DNA of 46,438 nucleotides from an uncultured Clostridia bacterium (GTDB lineage Bacteria; Bacillota_I; Bacilli_A; RF39; UBA660): NCBI GenBank assembly GCA_947168405.1, contig CAMVLU010000001.1, positions 1 to 46,438 of the forward strand, read 5' to 3'. Shown piece by piece: positions 36,752 to 44,693 of this stretch (position 1 is its first letter; each line of letters starts with the position of its first letter). The notes under the pieces were generated by a model. It saw only the letters and a program-made list of their open reading frames with translations, ran no database searches and was not told where the DNA came from. The position numbers and the translations under genes were made by a program.

Positions 36752-37467
36752 TGGAAGTAATAAATGATATAGTTGGAAAGAATTTAAAGATTTATCAAGA
36801 TGATGAATTCTTTAAATTTTCTTTAGAAAGTGTTTTACTACCTAACTTTGTAGAAATAAGACTAAGAGATAAAAAAATACTTGATCTATGTTCAGGTAAC
36901 TGTCCTATACCTCTTATCTTATCAAAGAAAACAAATATTCCAATAACCGCGGTAGAGCTACAAAAAGAAATATATGATTTAGGAATAAAAAGTATTAAAA
37001 TAAATCGTAAAGAAAATCAAATAACTTTACTAAATGAAGATGTATGTAATTTAAATAATGTTTTTTCAGGAGATACATTTGATGTTATAACAGTTAATCC
37101 TCCTTATTTTAAAAATATAGAAACATCTTTAAAAAATAAAAATGATATTAAAACTATAGCAAGACATGAAAATAATTTAACATTAAGTAAACTATTAAAA
37201 ATAAGTAGTTATTTATTAAAAGAAAATGGTAATTTCTATATGGTTCACCGAACAGAAAGATTAATAGAGATATTAGATGAATTAAAAAAATATAATTTAA
37301 CTCCTAAAACTATACAATTTATATATCCCAATTATAATCAAGAATCTAAATTATTTATGATTAAAGCATCTAAAGGTGGTAAATTTGGTTTAAAAGTTAT
37401 TGATGGAATATATATTCATAACGAAGATGGAAGTTATCGAGATGAAATAAAAAGAATATTTGAATAA
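36751..37467 (+). CDS. SAM-dependent N6-adenine methyltransferase (YabB / tRNA1(Val) m6A37 TrmN6-like)
   Basis: VITVNPPYF (NPPY) catalytic motif, SAM-binding LDLCSGNCPI, position after yaaT. Confidence 0.8.
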   Translation: MEVINDIVGKNLKIYQDDEFFKFSLESVLLPNFVEIRLRDKKILDLCSGNCPIPLILSKKTNIPITAVELQKEIYDLGIKSIKINRKENQITLLNEDVCNLNNVFSGDTFDVITVNPPYFKNIETSLKNKNDIKTIARHENNLTLSKLLKISSYLLKENGNFYMVHRTERLIEILDELKKYNLTPKTIQFIYPNYNQESKLFMIKASKGGKFGLKVIDGIYIHNEDGSYRDEIKRIFE

Positions 37468-37477
37468 TATCATGGTA

Positions 37478-37506
37478 TTGTCAAAATTATCAATTTGTGT
37501 TATTAT
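37478..37506 (+). promoter_or_regulatory. Promoter of candidate antisense (antitoxin) RNA, unit 1 (TTGTCA-17-TATTAT)
   Basis: TTGTCA at 37478-37483 and TATTAT at 37501-37506. Confidence 0.6.
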
Positions 37507-37512
37507 GTATAT

Positions 37513-37630
37513 AGATGAAGGAAACTTCATAAAATAAAAAAGGATGTATCTAAATTTCAGAGGTTAGGTGCACTCCATGGTTAATGAAAATGCAGACTAA
37601 TACTCAAACTGAGTGTTAATCTGCATTGTT
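37513..37630 (+). ncRNA. Candidate antitoxin sRNA, unit 1
   Basis: Runs from the predicted start after the -10, through a 5' hairpin ATGAAG-GAAA-CTTCAT (37515-37530), to the 39-nt hairpin at 37589-37627. It converges on the toxin ORF. No ORF longer than 10 codons. Confidence 0.5.
37589..37627. terminator. Bidirectional hairpin shared by the convergent RNAs, unit 1
   Basis: AATGCAGACTAATACTC-AAAC-TGAGTGTTAATCTGCATT (about 17 bp, one mismatch, one wobble). The minus-strand version is followed by TTTCATT and the plus-strand version by GTTGCT. Confidence 0.65.
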
Positions 37631-37631
37631 G

Positions 37632-37715
37632 CTATCTAAGTTTAAATAGCATGATGATAATTATCATAAGTTGAAAAATTGCAATTGTAAAAAATGCTTT
37701 TTCTCTTCTAGTCAT
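37632..37715 (-). CDS. Candidate type I toxin, 27-aa hydrophobic peptide MTRREKAFFTIAIFQLMIIIIMLFKLR, unit 1 (not in ORF track)
   Basis: My translation of the rc of 37632-37715. AAGGAGG lies 8 nt upstream. The peptide has one 18-residue TM flanked by basic residues. An identical second copy exists. Confidence 0.6.
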   Translation of the reverse strand: MTRREKAFFTIAIFQLMIIIIMLFKLR

Positions 37716-37791
37716 AATATCATCCTCCTTTACAATTTATTATTTTTTATAAAGGAGTGCAAACTAACACTAATTAAATACATCCAAGATT

Positions 37792-37820
37792 ATTGTACCA
37801 AATTGAATAATAAGAGACAA
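37792..37820 (-). promoter_or_regulatory. Promoter of the toxin mRNA, unit 1 (TTGTCT-17-TACAAT)
   Basis: TTGTCT is the rc of 37815-37820 and TACAAT the rc of 37792-37797. The predicted start lies at the GGATG end of the right inverted-repeat block (about 37785). Confidence 0.55.
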
Positions 37821-37858
37821 TGGTTTTATGTAATATTTTTGCAAAATTAATACAAAGA

Positions 37859-37887
37859 TTGATTTTTAATATAAATTATGTTATTAT
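37859..37887 (+). promoter_or_regulatory. Promoter of candidate antisense RNA, unit 2 (TTGATT-17-TATTAT)
   Basis: TTGATT at 37859-37864 and TATTAT at 37882-37887. Confidence 0.6.
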
Positions 37888-37893
37888 GTATAC

Positions 37894-38017
37894 AGATGAA
37901 GGAAACTTCATAAAATAAACAAAGGATGTATCTAATATTCTGTCGAGTTAGATGCACTCCGTATAATTTATACGAATGCAGACTAATACTCAAGACCGAG
38001 TGTTAATCTGCATTTTA
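37894..38017 (+). ncRNA. Candidate antitoxin sRNA, unit 2
   Basis: Same layout as unit 1. The terminator hairpin at 37975-38014 is followed by TTTT. Confidence 0.5.
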
Positions 38018-38101
38018 CTATCTAAGTTTAAATAGCATGATGATAATTATCATAAGTTGAAAAATTGCAATTGTAAAAAATGCTTTTTCTCTTCTAGTCA
38101 T
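38018..38101 (-). CDS. Candidate type I toxin, identical 27-aa peptide, unit 2 (not in ORF track)
   Basis: The rc of 38018-38101 is identical in nucleotide sequence to the unit 1 ORF, with the same SD and anti-SD. Confidence 0.6.
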   Translation of the reverse strand: MTRREKAFFTIAIFQLMIIIIMLFKLR

Positions 38102-38176
38102 AATATCATCCTCCTTTACAATTTATTATTTTTTATAAAGGAGTGCAAACTAACACTATTAAATACATCCAATATA

Positions 38177-38205
38177 ATTGTATCACAATAAATTTAATGA
38201 TACAA
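38177..38205 (-). promoter_or_regulatory. Promoter of the toxin mRNA, unit 2 (TTGTAT-17-TACAAT)
   Basis: TTGTAT is the rc of 38200-38205 and TACAAT the rc of 38177-38182. GGATG lies 6 nt downstream. Confidence 0.55.
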
Positions 38206-38233
38206 TACTGCTTAGCACAAAGAAGGTGAAAAA

Positions 38234-38800
38234 ATGAAGTTAATTGTCGGGCTTGGAAATCCAGGTAATGAATATAATAATACAAGACATAATATAGGTT
38301 TTTATTATTTAGATTTATTTGCTAAAAAATATAATTTAACATTTAAAGAAAAATTTAATGGATTATATTCTAAAACTATTATTAATAATGAAGATGTAAT
38401 ATTATTAAAACCTTTAACTTATATGAATTTATCTGGTGAATGTGTTATAAAATTTGTTAATTATTTTAAAATAGATTCTAATGATATATTAGTTATACAT
38501 GATGATTTAGATATTGAAATAGGTCTTATTAAATTAAAACAAAATGGATCATCAGGTGGTCATAATGGAATAAAGAATATTATTTTAAATTTAGAAACAG
38601 AAAATTTTAAAAGATTAAAAATAGGAATAAGTAAAAATAATTTATATGATACTAAAGATTATGTATTAGGTAAGTTTTCTAAAGAAGAACTAGAAATAAT
38701 TAAATCTTTAGAACCTAATATTTTAAATATATTAGATGATTATTTTAAAATTCCTTTTAATGATTTAATGTCTAGATATAATAGGAGAGATCATGAATAA
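38234..38800 (+). CDS. pth: Peptidyl-tRNA hydrolase
   Basis: KLIVGLGNPGNEYNNTRHNIGF and GSSGGHNGIKNI motifs. Confidence 0.95.
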   Translation: MKLIVGLGNPGNEYNNTRHNIGFYYLDLFAKKYNLTFKEKFNGLYSKTIINNEDVILLKPLTYMNLSGECVIKFVNYFKIDSNDILVIHDDLDIEIGLIKLKQNGSSGGHNGIKNIILNLETENFKRLKIGISKNNLYDTKDYVLGKFSKEELEIIKSLEPNILNILDDYFKIPFNDLMSRYNRRDHE

Positions 38801-41800
38801 ATTATCAGAGTTATTTAACATTAAATATCAAGAAAATATAGGCTTATCAGGATTAACTGATGAGTCTTTTTGCCTATTGGTTTCTAATATGGTTGAATCA
38901 GAAACTAAAGGAGCTTTAATTGTAACACCTACGTTAACAGATGCTAATAATTTATTAAATATTTTATCAAGTATTAGAAATGATGTATTATTTTTCCCGA
39001 TGGATGATTTTTTAACAAGTGAAGCTATTAGTATAAGTCCTGATTTGATGGTTACAAGACTTGAAACATTAAATGAACTACTAAATGATTCTAAAAAAAT
39101 AGTTATAACAGATATAAATGGATATTTAAGATATTTACCTGATAAAAAAACATATCAAAATAATATTTTAAATTTAAAAGTTGGGATGGAATATGCTCCT
39201 AATAAATTAGTTAATACTTTATATAACTTAGGATATAAAAAAGAAACGATTGTTACCAAAACAGGAGAAGTTGGAGTAAGAGGATTTGTTATTGATATCT
39301 TTTTAGTATCCCAAGATAATCCTGTTCGTATAGAATATTTTGGTGATGAAATAGATTCTATTCGTTTATTTGATCCAGAAACTCAAAAATCAATTAAAGA
39401 AATAAAAGAAATAGATATTTATCCATATACAGAATTTTTACTTAATAACTATGATAATCTTATTGAATCAGAAAGAAAACAAAAGTATTTACCTAAATAT
39501 TTAAAATCTATTGGTAATATAGAATCTTATTTAGATAATCCTTTATTATTTGTAAAAGATTATACTATTCTTAAAAATAATTATTTAAAAATAGAAGAAT
39601 CTATTAAAAGTCATCAAGAAAATGATCAAGAATATCAAGGAAATTATATACATTCTTTAGATATATTAGATATTAATAAAGTATGTCATTATTTAAGTGT
39701 TGATAATTTAATACCTAATCATAAATTTAAAGAATTAGTTAATTTTGAAATAAAATCTGCTCCGAAATTTCATGAAAATATTGATTTAATAAATAAATAT
39801 TTAAAAGATGAATTTAGTTTAGGAAAACAAATTATTATTTGTTTAAAAGACTATCAAATTAAAAACTTTATTAAGTATTTAGATTTAAATTATTTAATAA
39901 CTGATAAAGATAATTTAGTAAAAGAATTAATTAATATAATTAATTATGATTTAAAAGAAGGATTTATTTATCAAAATAAAGTAATTCTAACATCATATGA
40001 TTTATTTAATATAAAACTAAGTAAAAAGAAATATAAAACTAAGTTTAAATATGCTGTTAAAATAAAAGATATTAATAGTTTAGAAGTAGGAGATTATGTT
40101 GTTCATAGTATAAATGGAATAGGTATTTATAATGGAATTAAAACTTTAAATATAAAAGATTTAAAGAAAGATTATTTAGAAATATTATATAAAGGTGATG
40201 ATAAATTATATATACCTGTTGAAAAAATAGAATTAATTAGTAAATATTCTGGCAGAGAAGGAATAACTCCTAAAATAAATGGATTAAATAGTCTAGAATG
40301 GAGAAGAAATAAACAAAGAATAATTAATAAAGTTAAAGATATTGCTGATAAATTAATTAAATTATATGCATCAAGAAGTATGCAAAAAGGATATGCTTTT
40401 TCAAAAGATACTAAGTATCATGAAGAGTTTTATAAAGAATTTGAATATGTTCCAACGAAAGATCAATTAAATGCTTTCTCTGAAATTGAAAAAGATATGG
40501 AAAGTATTCAGCCTATGGATAGACTTTTATGTGGTGATGTTGGATTTGGTAAAACTGAAGTAGCATTTCGTGCCATGTTTAAAGCAGTATATGATGGAAA
40601 ACAAGTTTTATACTTATGTCCAACAACCATTCTTTCTAATCAACAATATCAAAGTGCTCTTGAAAGATTTAAAGAATATCCTGTTAAGATAGAATTATTA
40701 AATCGTTTTACAACTAGTAAAAAAGTTAAAGAAATAACAGAAGGATTAAAAAATGGAACTATTGATATTGTAATAGGTACTCATAGATTATTAAGTAATG
40801 ATATTAAACCTAAAGATTTGGGATTATTAATTATCGATGAAGAACAAAGGTTTGGGGTTACCCATAAAGAAAAATTAAAAGAATATAAAAACAATGTTGA
40901 TGTTTTAACTTTAACAGCAACTCCTATACCAAGAACTCTTCAAATGTCTATGGTAGGTATTAGAACTTTATCAGTTATTACAACACCTCCTGTTAATAGA
41001 TATCCTGTTCAAACATATGTTGTCTATGAACAAAAAGAATTAATAAAAGATGCTATTGTTAAAGAAATGCTTCGAGATGGACAAATATTTATTTTATATA
41101 ATAGAGTAGAAACGATAGAAGAAAAAATGATGGAAATACAAAAATTAGTTCCTAATGCTAGAATTGTTATAGCACATGGTCAGTTATCTAAAACAGAACT
41201 AGAAGATAGAATGCTTAAATTTATTAATCATGAATATGATATATTACTTTGTACTACAATTATAGAAACAGGAATTGATATACCTAATTGTAATACTTTA
41301 ATTGTTCTTGATGCGGATAGATTTGGACTTTCTCAACTATATCAAATAAGAGGAAGAGTTGGAAGAAGTGATAAAGTTGCCTATGCTTATTTAATGTATC
41401 CTGAACATAAGATACTAGGTGAAGCAAGTGTTAAAAGATTAAATGTTTTAAAAGAATTTACAGAACTTGGATCAGGATATGCTATTGCAAGTAGAGATTT
41501 ATCAATAAGAGGAGCAGGAGATATTTTAGGATCTGAACAAGCTGGTTTTATAGATACAGTAGGAATTGATTTATATCTTAAAATATTAAATGATGAAACT
41601 AAAAAATTAAAAGGAGAAGTCATTAAGGAAGAAGAAATTAAAGATGAAAAACCACTTATGTCTGTATCTACTCATATAGATGATAAATATACTACTGATA
41701 GTCATTTAAAAATTGAAATACATAAATTGATTAATACCATTGATTCATATGAAAAACTATTAAGTGTTAAAGAAGAATTTGAAGATAGATTTGGTAAAGT

Positions 41801-42092
41801 TTCAGAAGAAATACTTATTTATATGTATGAAGAATGGTTTGATAAATTAGCCAGAAGTAAAGGAGTAGAAGAAATTAAACAAGAAAAAGACTCTATTGAA
41901 CTAATTTATAATATAGATGAAAGTAAGAATTTAAATGGAGAAGAAATGTTTATGAAAGCCTATAATATATCACGTAATTTTACTTTCTCTTACCATCATT
42001 TAAGAGTACATGTAACTTTATCTTTAAAAGGACTTGATAAACATCCAATATACTATTTAATAGATTTATTAAAAGATACTTCTAGTAATTAG
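38793..42092 (+). CDS. mfd: Transcription-repair coupling factor Mfd
   Basis: 1099 aa. RNAP-interacting CarD-like domain, SF2 helicase motifs DVGFGKTEVA and DEEQRFGV, TRG motif region. Downstream of pth. Confidence 0.95.
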   Translation: MNKLSELFNIKYQENIGLSGLTDESFCLLVSNMVESETKGALIVTPTLTDANNLLNILSSIRNDVLFFPMDDFLTSEAISISPDLMVTRLETLNELLNDSKKIVITDINGYLRYLPDKKTYQNNILNLKVGMEYAPNKLVNTLYNLGYKKETIVTKTGEVGVRGFVIDIFLVSQDNPVRIEYFGDEIDSIRLFDPETQKSIKEIKEIDIYPYTEFLLNNYDNLIESERKQKYLPKYLKSIGNIESYLDNPLLFVKDYTILKNNYLKIEESIKSHQENDQEYQGNYIHSLDILDINKVCHYLSVDNLIPNHKFKELVNFEIKSAPKFHENIDLINKYLKDEFSLGKQIIICLKDYQIKNFIKYLDLNYLITDKDNLVKELINIINYDLKEGFIYQNKVILTSYDLFNIKLSKKKYKTKFKYAVKIKDINSLEVGDYVVHSINGIGIYNGIKTLNIKDLKKDYLEILYKGDDKLYIPVEKIELISKYSGREGITPKINGLNSLEWRRNKQRIINKVKDIADKLIKLYASRSMQKGYAFSKDTKYHEEFYKEFEYVPTKDQLNAFSEIEKDMESIQPMDRLLCGDVGFGKTEVAFRAMFKAVYDGKQVLYLCPTTILSNQQYQSALERFKEYPVKIELLNRFTTSKKVKEITEGLKNGTIDIVIGTHRLLSNDIKPKDLGLLIIDEEQRFGVTHKEKLKEYKNNVDVLTLTATPIPRTLQMSMVGIRTLSVITTPPVNRYPVQTYVVYEQKELIKDAIVKEMLRDGQIFILYNRVETIEEKMMEIQKLVPNARIVIAHGQLSKTELEDRMLKFINHEYDILLCTTIIETGIDIPNCNTLIVLDADRFGLSQLYQIRGRVGRSDKVAYAYLMYPEHKILGEASVKRLNVLKEFTELGSGYAIASRDLSIRGAGDILGSEQAGFIDTVGIDLYLKILNDETKKLKGEVIKEEEIKDEKPLMSVSTHIDDKYTTDSHLKIEIHKLINTIDSYEKLLSVKEEFEDRFGKVSEEILIYMYEEWFDKLARSKGVEEIKQEKDSIELIYNIDESKNLNGEEMFMKAYNISRNFTFSYHHLRVHVTLSLKGLDKHPIYYLIDLLKDTSSN

Positions 42093-42247
42093 GAGTATTT
42101 TTTTTATTAAAATAATAATGAATTGTAATATAATAAAATATATGATACATTGTTAATGAGGGTTTAGTGTTGTATATAAATATTTTTTGAAAAAAATTAG
42201 AAAATGAAAAATAAGTTATTAAATATTTAAACAGAAAGGAAGGATAA

Positions 42248-43120
42248 ATGAATCAAAATAATATTAAAACACAAATATTGGTGAAAGAACAAAAAATAAA
42301 TATTTTAAGAATAGACAATAAAGAATTTATTTCTCTTACGGATTTAGCGAGATATATAGATGAAGATGATCCAAGATATCCAATACAAAATTGGATGAGA
42401 AATAAAGACGTTATATCTTATTTAGGATTATGGGAACAATTAAATAATGAAAATTTCAAAGGTGTCGAATTCGACGCGTTTGAAAAAGAAGCCGGTAGCA
42501 ATAAATTTAAAATATCACCTCAAAAATGGATTAAAGAAACTAATGCAATTGGTATTATTTCAAAATCTGGTAATAATGGAGGAACGTATGCTGTTAGTGA
42601 TATAGCATTTGAATTTGCAAGTTGGCTTTCACCAGAGTTCAAATTATATTTAATTACAGAATTTCAAAGATTAAAGAAAAATGAAGCATATCAAAATAAA
42701 ATAGATTGGCATGCTAATAGAATATTAGCTAAAGTAAATTATATAATTCAAACTGATGCAATAAAAACTATTATTGTTCCAACATTAACTGAACAACAAA
42801 AGAAATATATATATGCAGAAGAAGCAGATGTTTTAAATGTAGCTTTATTTGGAATGACTGCAAAAGAATGGAGAGAAAATAATCCTGCAATGGCTAATAC
42901 AGGAAATATAAGAGATTACACAGATTTATTACATTTAGTAATATTAAATAATTTAGAAAACATAAATGCTGAGTTAATAGATAGAAAAATGTCTCAGCAA
43001 GAAAGACTTGTAACATTAAATAATATTGCTAAAAAACAAGTTGAATTATTAAATAATAGTAAATCTTTACGAAATTTAAATTATATAGAAAATAAAATTC
43101 AAAAAGAATTTATAGAATAA
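42248..43120 (+). CDS. KilA-N domain-containing protein
   Basis: N-terminal ILRIDNKEFISLTDLARY...QNWMRNKDVISYLGLWEQLNN...GGTYAVSDIAFEFASWLSPEFKLYL is typical of the KilA-N DNA-binding family. Confidence 0.8.
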   Translation: MNQNNIKTQILVKEQKINILRIDNKEFISLTDLARYIDEDDPRYPIQNWMRNKDVISYLGLWEQLNNENFKGVEFDAFEKEAGSNKFKISPQKWIKETNAIGIISKSGNNGGTYAVSDIAFEFASWLSPEFKLYLITEFQRLKKNEAYQNKIDWHANRILAKVNYIIQTDAIKTIIVPTLTEQQKKYIYAEEADVLNVALFGMTAKEWRENNPAMANTGNIRDYTDLLHLVILNNLENINAELIDRKMSQQERLVTLNNIAKKQVELLNNSKSLRNLNYIENKIQKEFIE

Positions 43121-43253
43121 TTTTTATTATTTAATAGATTTGTTAAAATAGAATAAATAATATTTTAATACATATAATGTGTTAGAAATTATTTATTTTT
43201 TTATAATAATAATTGTAAAATAATATCACTTTTTGTATTTTTAAATTTAAAAT

Positions 43254-43282
43254 TTGACAAATTAATGTAAAATTGATATTCT
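43254..43282 (+). promoter_or_regulatory. Candidate promoter for the 191-aa ORF (TTGACA-17-TATTCT with TGn)
   Basis: TTGACA at 43254-43259 and TATTCT at 43277-43282, preceded by TGA. Confidence 0.45.
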
Positions 43283-43311
43283 AAATATGTATAAAATAGA
43301 AAGGGATACTT

Positions 43312-43887
43312 ATGACTGAGGAAGATATTAAGAAGCAGTTGGAAGTAAAAAATATAGAAATATTTAAAAATAAATTAAAACTAGATATTAATAATAATAT
43401 GGAAGGTTTAGTTTTAACAATAGAGAATTTAATTAATAAATTAATAAATGAATCTACTAATAGAATATTAGGTATAGCTGAAAGTTTTAGTTATAAAGAA
43501 GAAATAGAAAAAGATATAGAAGAATATTTTTCTAAATATTTAGATTGTTTAATGGAACTTTTAGATAAGAAAAGAAATAATATTTTAAAAAGTATTAATT
43601 TAAATGTTAATTACGAAGATTGCTTTGATAAAGAAACTAATAATATATTAGTTAAATTAAATGAATTTTATGATAATAATGTAGACAATTTAGTAAAAAA
43701 AATACAAGGTTATTATGATGATTCTTTTTGTAAAGAAAGAATTAATAATTATTTAAAAAATAATTTAAAAGAAAATGTAGATATTAAAATAATTGAAACT
43801 ATTAAAGGAAGAGATATTATTTTATTAAATACTTTTAAAGAAACTAATATTAAGTTTATAGAACTAAATAAAAATACTATTGGTTAG
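43312..43887 (+). CDS. Hypothetical helical 191-aa protein
   Basis: Intact ORF with an RBS-like AAAGGGA upstream. K/E/N-rich and predicted helical. No motif recognised. Confidence 0.55.
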   Translation: MTEEDIKKQLEVKNIEIFKNKLKLDINNNMEGLVLTIENLINKLINESTNRILGIAESFSYKEEIEKDIEEYFSKYLDCLMELLDKKRNNILKSINLNVNYEDCFDKETNNILVKLNEFYDNNVDNLVKKIQGYYDDSFCKERINNYLKNNLKENVDIKIIETIKGRDIILLNTFKETNIKFIELNKNTIG

Positions 43888-43930
43888 TATAAAAATATTT
43901 TTAATACAAATAATATACTTGGGTGATTAA

Positions 43931-44446
43931 ATGAAAACAACAGGTATGGTAAGGAGAGTAGATAGTTTAGGAAGAATAGTTATACCTAAAGAGATTAGAA
44001 AAGTATTAAAAATTAAAGAAAATGAACAAGTAGAAATAAATGTATCTGGAGATGAAATAATATTAAATAGATACTCTGAATTAAATGATAATGATTTATA
44101 TTTACAAAGATTAATTGATATTATAAAAGATATTTATAATATAGATGTTATTTTAACTAATTTAAATTATTTTACTTTAACTACTAAAGATTATCTATAT
44201 TTAAAAGGAAAAGAAATAAGTTCTTATTTAACTAATATATTAGATGAAAGAAATGAAGTATTTAATAATAAACCTATTTCTTTAAATATAAATGAAAATG
44301 ATATAGATACGAATTATTATATAAAAACATTAATTATAAATGGAGATAGAGTTGGATTAATTATTTATTTAGGAGATAATCTTAAAGAAATAGATAGTAA
44401 TTTATTTACTTTATTAGAAAGATATTTGGAAAAAGAACTTGAATAA
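43931..44446 (+). CDS. spoVT: SpoVT/AbrB-family transcriptional regulator (SpoVT-like, with C-terminal sensor-like domain)
   Basis: TGMVRRVDSLGRIVIPKEIRKVLKIKENEQVEI matches the SpoVT/AbrB swapped-hairpin domain. The 171-aa length and the location downstream of mfd match Bacillus spoVT. Confidence 0.75.
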   Translation: MKTTGMVRRVDSLGRIVIPKEIRKVLKIKENEQVEINVSGDEIILNRYSELNDNDLYLQRLIDIIKDIYNIDVILTNLNYFTLTTKDYLYLKGKEISSYLTNILDERNEVFNNKPISLNINENDIDTNYYIKTLIINGDRVGLIIYLGDNLKEIDSNLFTLLERYLEKELE

Positions 44447-44469
44447 ATTAAATATATGTGATATATTAA

Positions 44470-44675
44470 CTACGTAAAGCGATGAAGAAATGAGTACATT
44501 TATAATAATTAGTAGAGAGACTTTGGTTGGTGAAAAAAGTTAATTTGTTAAATGGAAGATGGTTTTGGAGTTTATATTTATACAGGTAGCTCTGTTATAA
44601 GCAATGAGGCATAGAAATATGCAAAATAAGGTGGTAACACGAAAACTTCGTCCTTTGGGGATGAAGTTTTTTTAA
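44470..44675 (+). promoter_or_regulatory. T-box riboswitch leader of metG (probable AUG specifier)
   Basis: GA/K-turn GATGA (44481), S-turn AGTA (44492), AGAGAG bulge (44514) and GGTTGGTGAAA distal loop. The ATG at 44552-44554 sits in a specifier-like context. T-box AATAAGGTGGTAACACG lies at 44625-44641. The terminator AACTTCGTCC / GGATGAAGTT plus a T-run lies at 44644-44673. Confidence 0.8.
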
Positions 44676-44693
44676 TTAAAAGGAGGATTATTT

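Larger units (their letters stand above)
37478..38205. repeat. Tandem duplication (period about 381-386 bp) of a small-ORF / antisense-RNA module
   Basis: Unit 1 spans about 37478-37820 and unit 2 about 37859-38205. The ORF, SD and 5' leader are nearly identical between units. The segment between the left inverted-repeat block and the hairpin has diverged. Confidence 0.9.

Noticed and set aside
37542-37785. The inverted-repeat-bounded units interpreted as a MITE or small mobile element with ~32-bp terminal inverted repeats
   Set aside because: There is no transposase and no obvious target-site duplication. The predicted promoters are positioned precisely relative to the blocks: the toxin -10 places the transcription start at the outer end of the right block. 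An SD, anti-SD, small ORF and shared terminator fit an RNA-regulated module better. This remains an alternative until transcripts are mapped.
42078-42108. Weak hairpin TACTTCT-AGTAATT-AGGAGTA plus T-run as the mfd terminator
   Set aside because: The stem is only 6 of 7 bp and AT-rich. It is plausible but too weak to list as a feature.
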